Part shown: positions 20,359 through 30,212 of the stretch, piece by piece
Position numbering within the stretch: the first letter of the stretch is position 1
Layout of the letters: each line of letters starts with the position of its first letter
DNA from: Anaeromyxobacteraceae bacterium
Lineage (GTDB): Bacteria; Myxococcota; Myxococcia; Myxococcales; Anaeromyxobacteraceae
Length of the DNA: 64,000 bases
NCBI GenBank assembly: GCA_047602405.1
Contig: JASGHJ010000002.1
Span: 2,272,001 to 2,336,000 of the forward strand
Reading direction: 5' to 3'
Made by a program: the position numbers and the translations under genes
The notes under the pieces: model-generated
Database searches by the model: none
The model's input: the letters and a program-made list of their open reading frames with translations, nothing else
What the model was told of the DNA's origin: nothing

Positions 20359-21510
20359 CTACGGGACGAAGTAGTCCCGGATCGTCTCACCCTCGCTGAC
20401 GAAGTCGCCACCGGGCCCGACATAGCGCATCAACTCACCGTCGGCGTGGACGAGAGCCGGGATCGGTCGGAACGAGTCCAGCCCCGTCACGTGCGGCCTC
20501 GCCGGGTTGGCCATGACGCGCGCCTGGATGTGGAAACCGCGCTCGCCCATCCCCACTTCGAACGGGAGCACCGCGTCCAGCCTCTGGCGCATGCGGGCCC
20601 CGTCGGCATCGGGCTTCCAGACGGCCGCATCGGGTCGCCGATCGATGCGGACTTCATCAGCCGGGCGTTCTGGGCCGATGGGGACCACGAACACCTCGGT
20701 GCCGAACAGAACCTGATCGACAGCACGGAACAGACCACCGGTGTCGATCCCCTGCAACGCGATGATGTGGGAGAAGCGGTACTTGGTCAGCTTCTCGTTC
20801 AGCGCTGCTCGAACAGCCGGAGCATCATCAATGCTGATGGCCATGGCGGGCGAGTACGCGAAGAAGACTCCAACCTCCTCGTCGAAGGCCGGCAACAGCT
20901 TGAAGCGGATCAGGATGCCCGGCTCCTGGTAGACGTGCGGGCCTGGGTCGCCTGCCAGGATCTTGTCCTTCAGGAACTTGAAGAACCCCTTCAGCGACTT
21001 CCGCCCGTCGATGGAGATGGTCGAGAACTGCGCGGGGGTGCGAGCCCTAACTGAGCGAAGCTCGGCGCGGAGTCGCTGATGGCCATCGGGCACGCCGAGC
21101 GGACCTGCCACATGCCGCACCTCGACGATGAAGCACACCGGGCCCTTCCGGAGTCGCAGGTCAGGTGTGAGACCGTCGATCTCCGGTTCGAACTCGACTT
21201 CCCAGCCATGGCCGTGAAGAGTCTTGGCCAACAAGAGCATGCCCAACGCGGCCATCGACTGCTTGGCGTCGTCGGCACGGAGCGGGCCGAGCAGACGAGG
21301 CCGGAGCCGCTCCGGGACCAGAAGCGCGGCCTCCTCGAGCTGGATCCGGCCGAGGTCGAAGGCGTCGCCCTCCACCAGCGCCCACCGGTCAAGGAGCGAG
21401 CGTCTGGCCTCCGGACGAGCACGCGCACGCGCGACCTGCTCGGCCGAGAAGATCAGCGGTTCTGCCACATCGACCAGGCTACCACCCACCAACGACACGG
21501 ATGGGCTCAT
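20359..21510 (-). CDS. PD-(D/E)xK-like nuclease-fold protein (start uncertain)
   Basis: EPEIDGLTPDLRLRKGPVCFIVEVR motif. Becomes a separate gene once the upstream frameshift is corrected. Confidence 0.6.
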   Translation of the reverse strand: MSPSVSLVGGSLVDVAEPLIFSAEQVARARARPEARRSLLDRWALVEGDAFDLGRIQLEEAALLVPERLRPRLLGPLRADDAKQSMAALGMLLLAKTLHGHGWEVEFEPEIDGLTPDLRLRKGPVCFIVEVRHVAGPLGVPDGHQRLRAELRSVRARTPAQFSTISIDGRKSLKGFFKFLKDKILAGDPGPHVYQEPGILIRFKLLPAFDEEVGVFFAYSPAMAISIDDAPAVRAALNEKLTKYRFSHIIALQGIDTGGLFRAVDQVLFGTEVFVVPIGPERPADEVRIDRRPDAAVWKPDADGARMRQRLDAVLPFEVGMGERGFHIQARVMANPARPHVTGLDSFRPIPALVHADGELMRYVGPGGDFVSEGETIRDYFVP

Positions 21511-21539
21511 GCCCCCCGCGCAGTCGTCGCTCCTGCGAC

Positions 21540-24147
21540 CTACGACTCGTACGGCCCCAGGAAGCGCTCGCCGTTGAAGTGGATCATGTGGCTGGGCGAC
21601 TCGGCCACCCAGACCTCGGACTCCCACGAGATTCTCGTTCAGGTAGCGCACCATCGCGGGCCGGCTGAGGAAGGCCGTGACGAAGACGAGGCCCGCCTTG
21701 CAGCCGGCGAAGAGGGCCTTCAGTTCGTCCCGGCGCTTGGGGTTCACGGGGCCGTGGCTGGTCACGGCCTCCACGAGGACGAGCCAGTTCTTCTTCCGGA
21801 AGAAGACGACTGCGTCAGGCATCTTCCCGTGGGCGTCCACGTTGACGCCCAAGCCCGTCAGTCCCGGCTCGTCGAAGCAGGCCCACTTCTGGTCGGCGTC
21901 GCCCAGGTACATCACCTCGCCCCCGGGCGTGAACCGGGGGCAGAACTCCTCGACGATGAGCTTGATGAGTTCGTTCTGCCCGCCCGGCGACAGGGTCAGC
22001 TTCTTCCCGGAGGGCAACTTCACGGGGATCCGCTCCATCTCCCGTTCCCTGGCGTACCGGACGGTCAGCGACGGCATCGCCTTCAGATAGGAGGCCAGCT
22101 TCCCGCTCCACGCCGGCGTGCCGAACGACCTGAACAACTCCAGCGCGCCCGCCTCGACCTGGTAGACGGCCTGGGGGCTGTTCACGGGGCGCTCGGGCTT
22201 GTCCGGGTTCTTCAAGACGAACCCCGCCTCGACGAACTGGTGGATCGTGAAACGCCTCACCGTCTCGCGCGAGTTCGGCGCGTACCGCTTGCCGAAGTGG
22301 TCGGCGAAGTAGTCCATCATCTCGGTGATGCCCCTGAGCGGGCTCGATGCGCTCGCCCAGCGGCTGGTCGGCTTCAGGTCGAGCAGCGCGAGCAGGGTCA
22401 GCGCCGAGCGGAGGTTCTGCTGCTCCTCCGGAACACCAAGCTGTCTGAGGACGCTCATGGCCTCCTCGACACGCTTCTCGCCCTTCAGGCCCGTCTCGTC
22501 GTCGTCCCCTGCCATCCCGAGCACCTCCTCGACGACCAGGTCCAGGTCGTCCTGCGTCGGAATGCTACCTCCGATCCGGCGACCGAGGCGCTCCAGATCT
22601 TCACGACGAGGATAGGGGAGCCCGCGCAGATCGGTGGCGTTCACCTGGGTGTGGCCGCTGAACTGGCGGAAGAACGTGTCCACCATCGTCGAGTTCAAGT
22701 AGGCCGCGAGCCCGCGCGCGAGATCGTCGGGCAGTTCCTTCCCGCCCTGGTGGAAGTAGTTGAGGTGGTTCTCGAACCCCCAGCGCGGATGCGGCGCATC
22801 GTCACGCCGGATGACGGCAGCGACGACGCGACGCGGCTCCTCCTTCGCCGAGAAGCGCTTCACCAACACGTACGTCCCCGCCGGCACCATCAGCGACGCC
22901 GTCTCGGCCTGGTCGGACAGAGCGTTCCACTTCCGGAAGCCCGGCTTCGGCCAGACCACCCGTCGGTCCACCAGGTGCCCCGGGTAGACGAGTGGCGCCG
23001 TCCCCTCGACCGGCTCCTTCCTCAGATGCTCCCGCGCGCGAAAATCCACGACGCGGCCGGTCGACACCGCCAGGTCGAGATCGGCCAGCGAAGCCGGCAT
23101 GCGGGCCATCTGGCGTGCCACAGCCGCGTTGGCCTCGTCCGCCACGATGTGGACGAAGTGGTCGTCGTCACCGGACCCGACCACCTCCCCGTACGGCACG
23201 ACCCGCTCCGCGACATCCGGGTCGTCCGGGGAGGCGTTGCTGGTGATGTGGACGGACCCCGACCGGCCCTTCGCCTTCACGGCGTGCAGGATGACGTTCT
23301 CCTGGAGGACCTCATCCTCCCCGAACGCCTTGTCGCGCGACTCGAAGACGTGGAGCCGGGTGAGCCGCATCATGTCGAAGAAGGCACGCCGGAAGGCCCG
23401 ATGGTAGGGGCCGTTGCAGAAGCTCCGCGGCGTGATCGCCACCATCTCGCCGTCGGGCACGAGCAGATGCGCGGCCAGGTAGAGGAAGCCGGTGTAGAGG
23501 TTCGTCGCCTCCAGCCCTGCCGCCTGGAGTCGCACCCGCTCCGCCGAGTTGCTTCTGATCTTCCGGTAGGGTGGGTTGAGGATGGCGAGGTGGAACTCCG
23601 GCCTGGGAGGCGAGAGCAGGCCGCCCTCGACCATCTCGCTCGCCGACTGGACGAAGTCCTCGTGGAGCACCGTCGCCTTGAATCTGACACCAGCCGCTCG
23701 GCATGCCTGCTGGCACAGCGCGACGGTGGCGTGCAGGGCCTTCACCATGACCGGGTCTAGGTCGTAGACCGTCACCTCGATCGCGCGCGGCTTCTTCCCG
23801 CGCGTGCAGAGGTCGGCCACCACCGCCGCCGTGAGCGATCCGACGCCTGCTCCGGCGTCGAGGATCCGAACCACGTCTGGTACCTGCTCCACCATGCCGG
23901 CCATGAAGCGGGCGATCGTCGCCGGCGTCAGGTACTGACCAAGCTCTGCGCGTCGATCCGGGTCCAGGGTCCGGACCACCCTGCCCCGCGCCACCTCCAC
24001 CGAGTCCACCAACCAGTCGAGCGAGGGCCGGTCGTCTGCCGGCCTAGCGGCCGGCCTGAATCTCGTTGTGCGGGCGGAGGTGGGCATGTTGGCGAAGACG
24101 CCATCATAACCCGTCGTCCTGACGGGCTCCTTCACGGGCTCGGACAT
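21540..24147 (-). CDS. Fused type II RM protein: Eco57I-type m6A methyltransferase + BsuBI/PstI-family endonuclease (+1 frameshift at ~21632)
   Basis: [30 protein letters not shown]; REase [27 protein letters not shown]. Corrected end is [30 protein letters not shown]. Confidence 0.88.
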
Positions 24148-24156
24148 GCTGGCGGC

Positions 24157-24351
24157 CTAGTAGTTGCGCGGCATGCAGTTCAGGTTCACGAACCCGACGC
24201 GGCCGTCCTTCATCTTGAAGAACTGGTAGGGCGGACGCTCCGCGCCGAACGGGTTGTCGATCGGCTCGACCACGGTGCTCCTGGGCTCCATCCGTAGCTC
24301 GTCGGGATCGAGCAGGTAGAACCTGACGCCCGCCGGGATGCCGAACGGCAT
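24157..24351 (-). CDS. Small hypothetical protein
   Basis: GAGGAG RBS; tightly packed in an operon. Confidence 0.55.
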   Translation of the reverse strand: MPFGIPAGVRFYLLDPDELRMEPRSTVVEPIDNPFGAERPPYQFFKMKDGRVGFVNLNCMPRNY

Positions 24352-24357
24352 GCCGAC

Positions 24358-24879
24358 CTACTCCTCTGGCCAGCGGGGCGCGTGCGAGACCCAGCGGCGC
24401 CGACCGGTGATGGGGGCGATGACCGGCTCGACGTGGAATTGTTCGCGCACCTCGTCCGCGAGGCGCTGCGCGTGCTCGTCGGTCTGCGCCCAGCCGTGGC
24501 AGAAACCCTCCCAGCCCGCCAGGCGCCGCGCCTCGGGCAGGTAGACGATGGCCCAGCGCAGGTCCGGGTTCCGCGAGACGCGCACGAACGTGCCGACCGG
24601 CGTCGCGGCGGTGAACTTCCACTCCTCGATCTTGTCGGTCATGGGCTCCATCTCCTCGACCTGCTCCTCGTCCGCGTCGCGGGGGTCGTCCTCGTACAGC
24701 ACGATGATCTTCTCGCCGTTCGCCCGCTCGAAGACGCCGAAGCTGCCCGGCTCCAGGTCGAGCCGCAGCGGCTTCACGACTTCGTGGTCCTCCAGGACGT
24801 GGAAATCGCCCCGGCGGCCGAAGAAGGCGGCCCGCGTCTGGTAGCGGGTGCCGGCGCGGAGGCGGACCTTGAAGTTCAC
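24358..24879 (-). CDS. Hypothetical protein
   Basis: GTGA overlap with the upstream stop; coding-like codon usage. Confidence 0.65.
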   Translation of the reverse strand: MNFKVRLRAGTRYQTRAAFFGRRGDFHVLEDHEVVKPLRLDLEPGSFGVFERANGEKIIVLYEDDPRDADEEQVEEMEPMTDKIEEWKFTAATPVGTFVRVSRNPDLRWAIVYLPEARRLAGWEGFCHGWAQTDEHAQRLADEVREQFHVEPVIAPITGRRRWVSHAPRWPEE

Positions 24880-25082
24880 GCCCGGCTCCCGGCCGCCTGG
24901 CGGACGAAGGTGACCTCGTCCAGGACGATGAGGTCGAAGGGATCGGCCTGGTGGCAGGCGAAGGCCACAACCTCCGACTCCAGGCACCGCTCGGACTCGC
25001 CGCAGGGCTGCTCGCCTCGTGCGTCGCGGTACAGCAGCCGCACCGCTGACTCGTCCACGTCCACCCGCCACGTCGCCATCAC
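24876..25082 (-). CDS. Small hypothetical protein
   Basis: GGAGGAG RBS; translationally coupled to the next gene. Confidence 0.6.
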   Translation of the reverse strand: MMATWRVDVDESAVRLLYRDARGEQPCGESERCLESEVVAFACHQADPFDLIVLDEVTFVRQAAGSRA

Positions 25083-25255
25083 GGACTCCTCCCCGGGCCG
25101 GAGGCCCAGGAGCAGTGCCGGCAGCGACCCGCGCGCGAACGCGCGGGGTACTACCAGCGTCTGCGGCGGAAGGAGGGTGCGGCGGAGGAACGCATCAACT
25201 GCCGGTGTAGCACGGTGACCCTCCGATCGTGTTGATGCTGGTCACGGGCGACGGC

Positions 25256-26122
25256 CTACTTGCTGACGGGGGTGGAGTGGCACCCTTCGATGCCTCCACA
25301 AGCTGCGGCTTTCCGAACCTCGCAGGCCCTCTTGCGGTCGCCCTTCTTCTTCTCGATGAAGTCGGCGTACACGCACGAGTTCCTGTTCCGGACCGAGGCG
25401 TTCGGCTCCAGTTCTAGGGCGTGGGCGTAGGCGGCGTCGGCCTCGTCAGTCTTGCCCATGTAGTCTTTCAACCGGGCGAGATTCCAGTTGTCGACTGGAT
25501 CGTCGGGAGCAAGCACCACCGCGCGCTGAAAGCAGTCCAGCGCCTCCGCGTCGCGCTGAAGCATGGTCAGGGCGGCGCCCATGTTCGAGATGATCGTGTG
25601 GTCGTCCGGAAAATGGCGATCCAGCACTCGGTACAGAAGCACCGCCTGCTCGAAGCCCCGTGCAGTGTAGAACTCGCCCGGGTACGCCTTCCAGGTGGGC
25701 AACCAGTCGCGGGTGGGATGGATCCGAATGCTGTCTTCCAGGGCCTTCACCATCTCCGGCAGCAGACCGGCGAGCCGCAGGACATGCAGGCGCCCCTGGT
25801 GGATGCTCATGTCCTCGGGCGCGAGCGCCACGGCTTCATCCAGATGCTTGGCTGCCCTCCGGAGACCTCCTAGGCGAACATCAGTAACTGCCTTCCCATC
25901 TACCCGCTCTTCGTCCGCCTCGCGGAACGCCAGTCCAGCCTCGACGTTCGCAAGGCACTTGTGGGCTTCCGCCCTGGTGCGCGCGTCCATGGCGCCGAGC
26001 CGCGCCTCGCATTTCGTCTTCGCTGCGATGTAGTCACCCGCCTGGATGAGCGGGAGCCAGTCGTCACCCCCGGGTGTCGGCTGAGCGAGCAGCACCAGGA
26101 ACGCGACCAGATGAACGTTCAT
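25256..26122 (-). CDS. Secreted TPR-repeat protein
   Basis: Signal-like N-terminus; TPR-like helices (NMGAAL...EALDCFQRAVVLAPDD, AYAHALELEP). Confidence 0.7.
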   Translation of the reverse strand: MNVHLVAFLVLLAQPTPGGDDWLPLIQAGDYIAAKTKCEARLGAMDARTRAEAHKCLANVEAGLAFREADEERVDGKAVTDVRLGGLRRAAKHLDEAVALAPEDMSIHQGRLHVLRLAGLLPEMVKALEDSIRIHPTRDWLPTWKAYPGEFYTARGFEQAVLLYRVLDRHFPDDHTIISNMGAALTMLQRDAEALDCFQRAVVLAPDDPVDNWNLARLKDYMGKTDEADAAYAHALELEPNASVRNRNSCVYADFIEKKKGDRKRACEVRKAAACGGIEGCHSTPVSK

Positions 26123-26137
26123 CTCGGCTCCCGACAC

Positions 26138-26800
26138 CTAGTACTTGAGCTTGATCGCGATGAAGCCCCAGACACCGGGCCGTATCGGGCTGCCGTCCTG
26201 CATCTTCCACTGGCAGGAGCCGACAACACGCGCGACCGCCACTGCCGCTTCGGGTTCGTGACTGCCGAGCGCCTCGAAGTACCTGGGGTGGTTCCCGTCC
26301 GCGCCGAGCGGGAACCGCAACTTCACCATCCCGTCGGGCAGCCTCTTCTCTGAGGTCACCCGGGCCAAGCCGGTGCCCAGGCACTGGAAGTCTGTCGGGA
26401 CGACGTTCACCGTCTTGATCACCGCCTCAGCGCCCAAGGCTTCGGCCGCCCTACACGTGCCCTCGACGCAGGCCGCCCTCGTAGCCGGACATGCCGGAGC
26501 GACCTGCACGAACGGCAGCGCATGACACGCGGCCTCCGTGGACTCCCTCATCTGATTCAGGACCTGCTCAGCCTCCGGGAGGGTGACCCAAGTGTCGCAC
26601 TCCCCTGTCACGTACCTGTCCGCCGTCACGCAGTCGGAGTCGGTCACGCACCGAGATGCTTCCGCACGTTGGCGGTTCTCCGCCCGTTGAGCGGCGCACA
26701 GCGCCTGGGCGTCTGACCCACCTACGGACCTCGCGGCGGCGTGGGGCGGGTTGTGCTGACAACCGACCATCACCAAGGCGATGAGCGCGGCAGATCGCAT
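26138..26800 (-). CDS. Cys-rich lipoprotein
   Basis: Lipobox MVGC; CVTDSDC and CVEGTC motifs. Confidence 0.7.
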   Translation of the reverse strand: MRSAALIALVMVGCQHNPPHAAARSVGGSDAQALCAAQRAENRQRAEASRCVTDSDCVTADRYVTGECDTWVTLPEAEQVLNQMRESTEAACHALPFVQVAPACPATRAACVEGTCRAAEALGAEAVIKTVNVVPTDFQCLGTGLARVTSEKRLPDGMVKLRFPLGADGNHPRYFEALGSHEPEAAVAVARVVGSCQWKMQDGSPIRPGVWGFIAIKLKY

Positions 26801-26852
26801 TCGCTGAGAGTACCGCCTACCCCGCCCACCGTGTTGATCTCGGACAGAATGC

Positions 26853-27386
26853 CTAGGGCTCGTGGACCAAGTGCGTCGGCACGACGCCCGCCGGCTGCCA
26901 GTTCGGGTTCGCCTTCAAGATAATGGCGTGCAGGGCTCGGGTCGTGTCGATGAGGCGCGGCTCGAAGAAGTCCGCGTTGTCGTGCTCGTGCAAGTAGCGC
27001 CACGTCTCGAACGTCTTGTCGCACTCGACCAGCGCCTGGAGCAGGCCGCCGGCATCGACCTGGCGGTCATCGATCCGCACGGCCGCGGCGAGCGCGTCCT
27101 GGGCGGCAGGTGACATCGCCGCTATCAAAGCGCTGAAGCGGTGCGTCTTGGGCGGCGTCGTCCCCTCCAGCCGGACACGGCACTTCAGGGCGAGTTCGAG
27201 GGCCATGCTGGCGCAGCTTGCGGTCGCCTGGATCGGGAAGCGCTCCTGTCCCGCCACGACGGCCGGCGCCTGCCGGTGCCGCTGGAGCACGTTCCAGGCG
27301 CCCAGGAAGTCCTGCGACCCCTGAAGCATGTTGGCTGGCTCTAGGTCGCGCCGGATCTCGTCGTAGATCTCGTCCCAGAACTCCAT
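26853..27386 (-). CDS. HEPN domain protein
   Basis: ALELALK...KTH and FETWRYLHE motifs; GGGGAG RBS. Confidence 0.7.
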   Translation of the reverse strand: MEFWDEIYDEIRRDLEPANMLQGSQDFLGAWNVLQRHRQAPAVVAGQERFPIQATASCASMALELALKCRVRLEGTTPPKTHRFSALIAAMSPAAQDALAAAVRIDDRQVDAGGLLQALVECDKTFETWRYLHEHDNADFFEPRLIDTTRALHAIILKANPNWQPAGVVPTHLVHEP

Positions 27387-27794
27387 GACGTTCTCCCCGA
27401 GCCGGCCGATCCCCCCTCCGGCAACGTTACAGTAGGTGGTGGGGATGACGCGGACCTGACACGGGAAGCGCCCCGCCAACCAACCACTCGTGCGTCACCG
27501 GTCGGCCTCAGCCGCCCGGACTGGAGTCGTCTTGTCCTATCAAAACCTCGAGCCCTGCTGCCGCGCACTCGCGGACCAGTCCCTCGCAACTTCGCGGCGG
27601 ACGGCGGCGCGGACCCTTCATCTGGCGGGCACGGGGTATTGGACTCACAGTCCATACCTCTGCCTGTCAGGTCTGAAGTCATTCAAGCGGACCGTGGCCC
27701 AGGTGTTAGGGCCCGCCCGCGGTCCGCGAAGCCTTCAGCCCCTCCCCGCCATCTCAACCTCGCCCCAGGGCCTCGCCGCCCTCCAGGAGCAGCC

Positions 27795-28814
27795 GTGACC
27801 GTTCATGAACTCGTCGGGCTCGACTACGCCCGCTTCCTCCAGCATCAGAAGCTCCACCCGATCTCCTGTCACGGGGCGCTCACGGTCTCCGGCAGCGCGT
27901 GGTGTACCTGCCCGCGCGGCTTCGCCTGTCAGAACCCCGGGAAGCACCCGGTGGGTGCCGGGTGGCAGCGCCAGGACCGCGAGCAGGCGTTGGCGCTCCT
28001 CGCGGAGCACCCGGACTGGAACATCGGCCACGTCACCGGCACGGTCTCCCGGACGATCATCTTGGACGTGGACGAGGGTGTCCGAGTCGTCGGCGGCCAG
28101 GCGGTCACGAAGCAGGGCTACGCCTCCTTGAACCGCCTGGAGCAGCAGTACGGTCCGCTCCCGGCCACCATCTCCTGGATCACTGGGTCTGGCACCGGTG
28201 GACAGCGGGCGTTCTCCATCCCCGAGGGCGTGGTCACGCCGCGCAACAGCGCCGGCAAGCTCGCGCCCGACATCGACATCCGTGGCGAGGGCGGCTTCGG
28301 CGTCCTGCCGCCCTCCACGCACCTCTCCGGCAACCGCTACCGCTGGAGGAAGGGGCACGCGCCGGGGGAGATCGAGCTGGCGCCGCTGCCCGAGACCTGG
28401 CTGAACGCGATCCTCGCGTTGTGCCCGACCTCGAAGCCCTCCTGCCCCACCACGCGGGCTCCCGTTCCCCTCCCCACGGATGCGGCCCGAGCGTCTGCCG
28501 TGAAGCGCGCCACCCAGTACGCCACGGCCATGGGGCCGGCCATCAGCGGCCAGTATGGGCACGACCACACCTTCGACGTGGTGTGCCGCGTGGTCGAGCG
28601 CGTCCTCACCGAGGCGGACGCCTGGAACGTCCTCATCGACTGGAACGCGACGTGCCGGCCGCCCTGGTCCGACCGCGAGCTTCGCCACAAGCTCCGTGAC
28701 GCGGTCCGGGCGCACGTACCAGGTGCGCTGGCCGGCTCGGGACCTCCGAACCGGCGCCCTGGGCGGCGGCCCGTCGATGAGGACTTCCTCGCGCGGCTGT
28801 TCCGCGAACCCTGA
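27795..28814 (+). CDS. Bifunctional DNA primase/polymerase (Prim-Pol) with PriCT-like C-terminus
   Basis: CTC..C..PGKHP, NIG, LDVD, DIRGEGG..VLPPS, WNATCRPPW; AGGAG RBS before the GTG. Confidence 0.88.
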   Translation: MTVHELVGLDYARFLQHQKLHPISCHGALTVSGSAWCTCPRGFACQNPGKHPVGAGWQRQDREQALALLAEHPDWNIGHVTGTVSRTIILDVDEGVRVVGGQAVTKQGYASLNRLEQQYGPLPATISWITGSGTGGQRAFSIPEGVVTPRNSAGKLAPDIDIRGEGGFGVLPPSTHLSGNRYRWRKGHAPGEIELAPLPETWLNAILALCPTSKPSCPTTRAPVPLPTDAARASAVKRATQYATAMGPAISGQYGHDHTFDVVCRVVERVLTEADAWNVLIDWNATCRPPWSDRELRHKLRDAVRAHVPGALAGSGPPNRRPGRRPVDEDFLARLFREP

Positions 28815-28835
28815 CCAGGGTCCCGAGGAGCACAC

Positions 28836-30071
28836 ATGAACCAGCAGAACGAGCAGCAGCCGACGGCTACCCCGTCGAACCCCTACATGGAGCGGATCAA
28901 GTCCTTCGACCAGGAGGCGCTCACGACCGATCCCGAGCCCGCGAAGTTCATCTGGCAGGGCGTGCCTGACGAGCCCGGGAAGGTGAGCGTCCTTGTCGGC
29001 GTGGGCGGCACCGGCAAGTCGGCCCTCACGCTGGGGCTCGCCACCGCGCGAGCCCTGGGGCGCGACTTCATGGGCCGGAAGACGAAGCCCGGCACGACCG
29101 TGATCATCTCGAAGGAGGACTCCCGGGCCGACTACCGCCGGAAGCTCGCGGCGCAGCGCTTCGTCCTGGGCGACCAGTTCGATCCGCAGCGCATCGAGGA
29201 GCACGTCTTCGTCATGGACGTGTTGGGCGACCCCGCGATGCTGGTGGCGTCGGGCTACGGCAACTCGGCGGACCCGAACACCGAACTCGTCAAGCACTGG
29301 ACGGACGCCATCAACACCGCCGCCCCCGCTGCCGACCTCATCATCCTGGAGACCGGTTCCCGGCTGACGCCGTCGGAGGACAACTCGGGCCTCTCGGCGC
29401 TCGTCACCGCGTGCGAGTCGCTCGGGCTCCTCACCGGCTGCGTCGTCGTCCTCGTCCACCACACCGGGAAGGAGGCGGGGCGCAACGGGTTCACCGACCT
29501 CTACACGGGTCGGGGCGGCTCCTCCCTGGCCGACAACGCTCGGGCCGTGATGGTGTTGACCAACTACCCCCAGGACAAGACTGCTCGGGAGCGGCTTGGC
29601 GTCGCCGTGCCCGAGGAGGTGGCTCCCCGCGCCCTTGTCCTGTCCGTGCCCAAGCAGAACGGTGCGCCGCCGCCGCCGCCCCTCCTCATCGAGAAGATCG
29701 CGACCCCGTGGGCGCTCACGATGCGCGAGATCGACGGCGAGGCGCTGGCCCGTGCCGGGGCGGCTGCCCACAAGGTCCGCGTGTCGCAGGCGGTCCGCGC
29801 GCTCGCTGAGGCCGTCGAGGCCGCGACGGAGGCCGGGCAGACGGTCACCCGCCGGTCGATCACGAAGCGCGAGGTCGAGGGCATCGACCCGGAGACCTTC
29901 CCGAAGGAGTTCCTGGCCGAGGTGCTCGCTCAGGCCCTGGCGTGCCGCGCGCTGATCGAGGAGCCCGGGACGCGGAAGGGGCACTTCGTCCTGCGTGCCG
30001 ACCCTGACTGGTTCCTGAACCAGCCGGCCGCCAACGAGGAGATGGCCGACGCCGATCGGCACGCTGCCTGA
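28836..30071 (+). CDS. AAA_25/RepA-like SF4 helicase
   Basis: Walker A GVGGTGKS, LVHHTGK, RGGSSLADNAR. Confidence 0.85.
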   Translation: MNQQNEQQPTATPSNPYMERIKSFDQEALTTDPEPAKFIWQGVPDEPGKVSVLVGVGGTGKSALTLGLATARALGRDFMGRKTKPGTTVIISKEDSRADYRRKLAAQRFVLGDQFDPQRIEEHVFVMDVLGDPAMLVASGYGNSADPNTELVKHWTDAINTAAPAADLIILETGSRLTPSEDNSGLSALVTACESLGLLTGCVVVLVHHTGKEAGRNGFTDLYTGRGGSSLADNARAVMVLTNYPQDKTARERLGVAVPEEVAPRALVLSVPKQNGAPPPPPLLIEKIATPWALTMREIDGEALARAGAAAHKVRVSQAVRALAEAVEAATEAGQTVTRRSITKREVEGIDPETFPKEFLAEVLAQALACRALIEEPGTRKGHFVLRADPDWFLNQPAANEEMADADRHAA

Positions 30072-30212
30072 TCCGCTCGCCCCCACCTGGCAGGAGGCCG
30101 GGTGGGGGCATCCTTGCCGGCCCCGGCGACCTACGGGACTTCCGGCTCGGCCAGAACCAAGGGCGTGGTCAGGCTGAACTCGACCTGTTGGAGCATCGCC
30201 TCTCGGGGTCGG

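Noticed and set aside
20359..24147. 1262-aa MTase-REase-nuclease triple fusion in the ORF track
   Set aside because: One extra base at GAGATTCTC (~21632) shifts out the conserved BsuBI/PstI C-terminus, which ends at TAG 21540. This matches the window-wide GATC error pattern.
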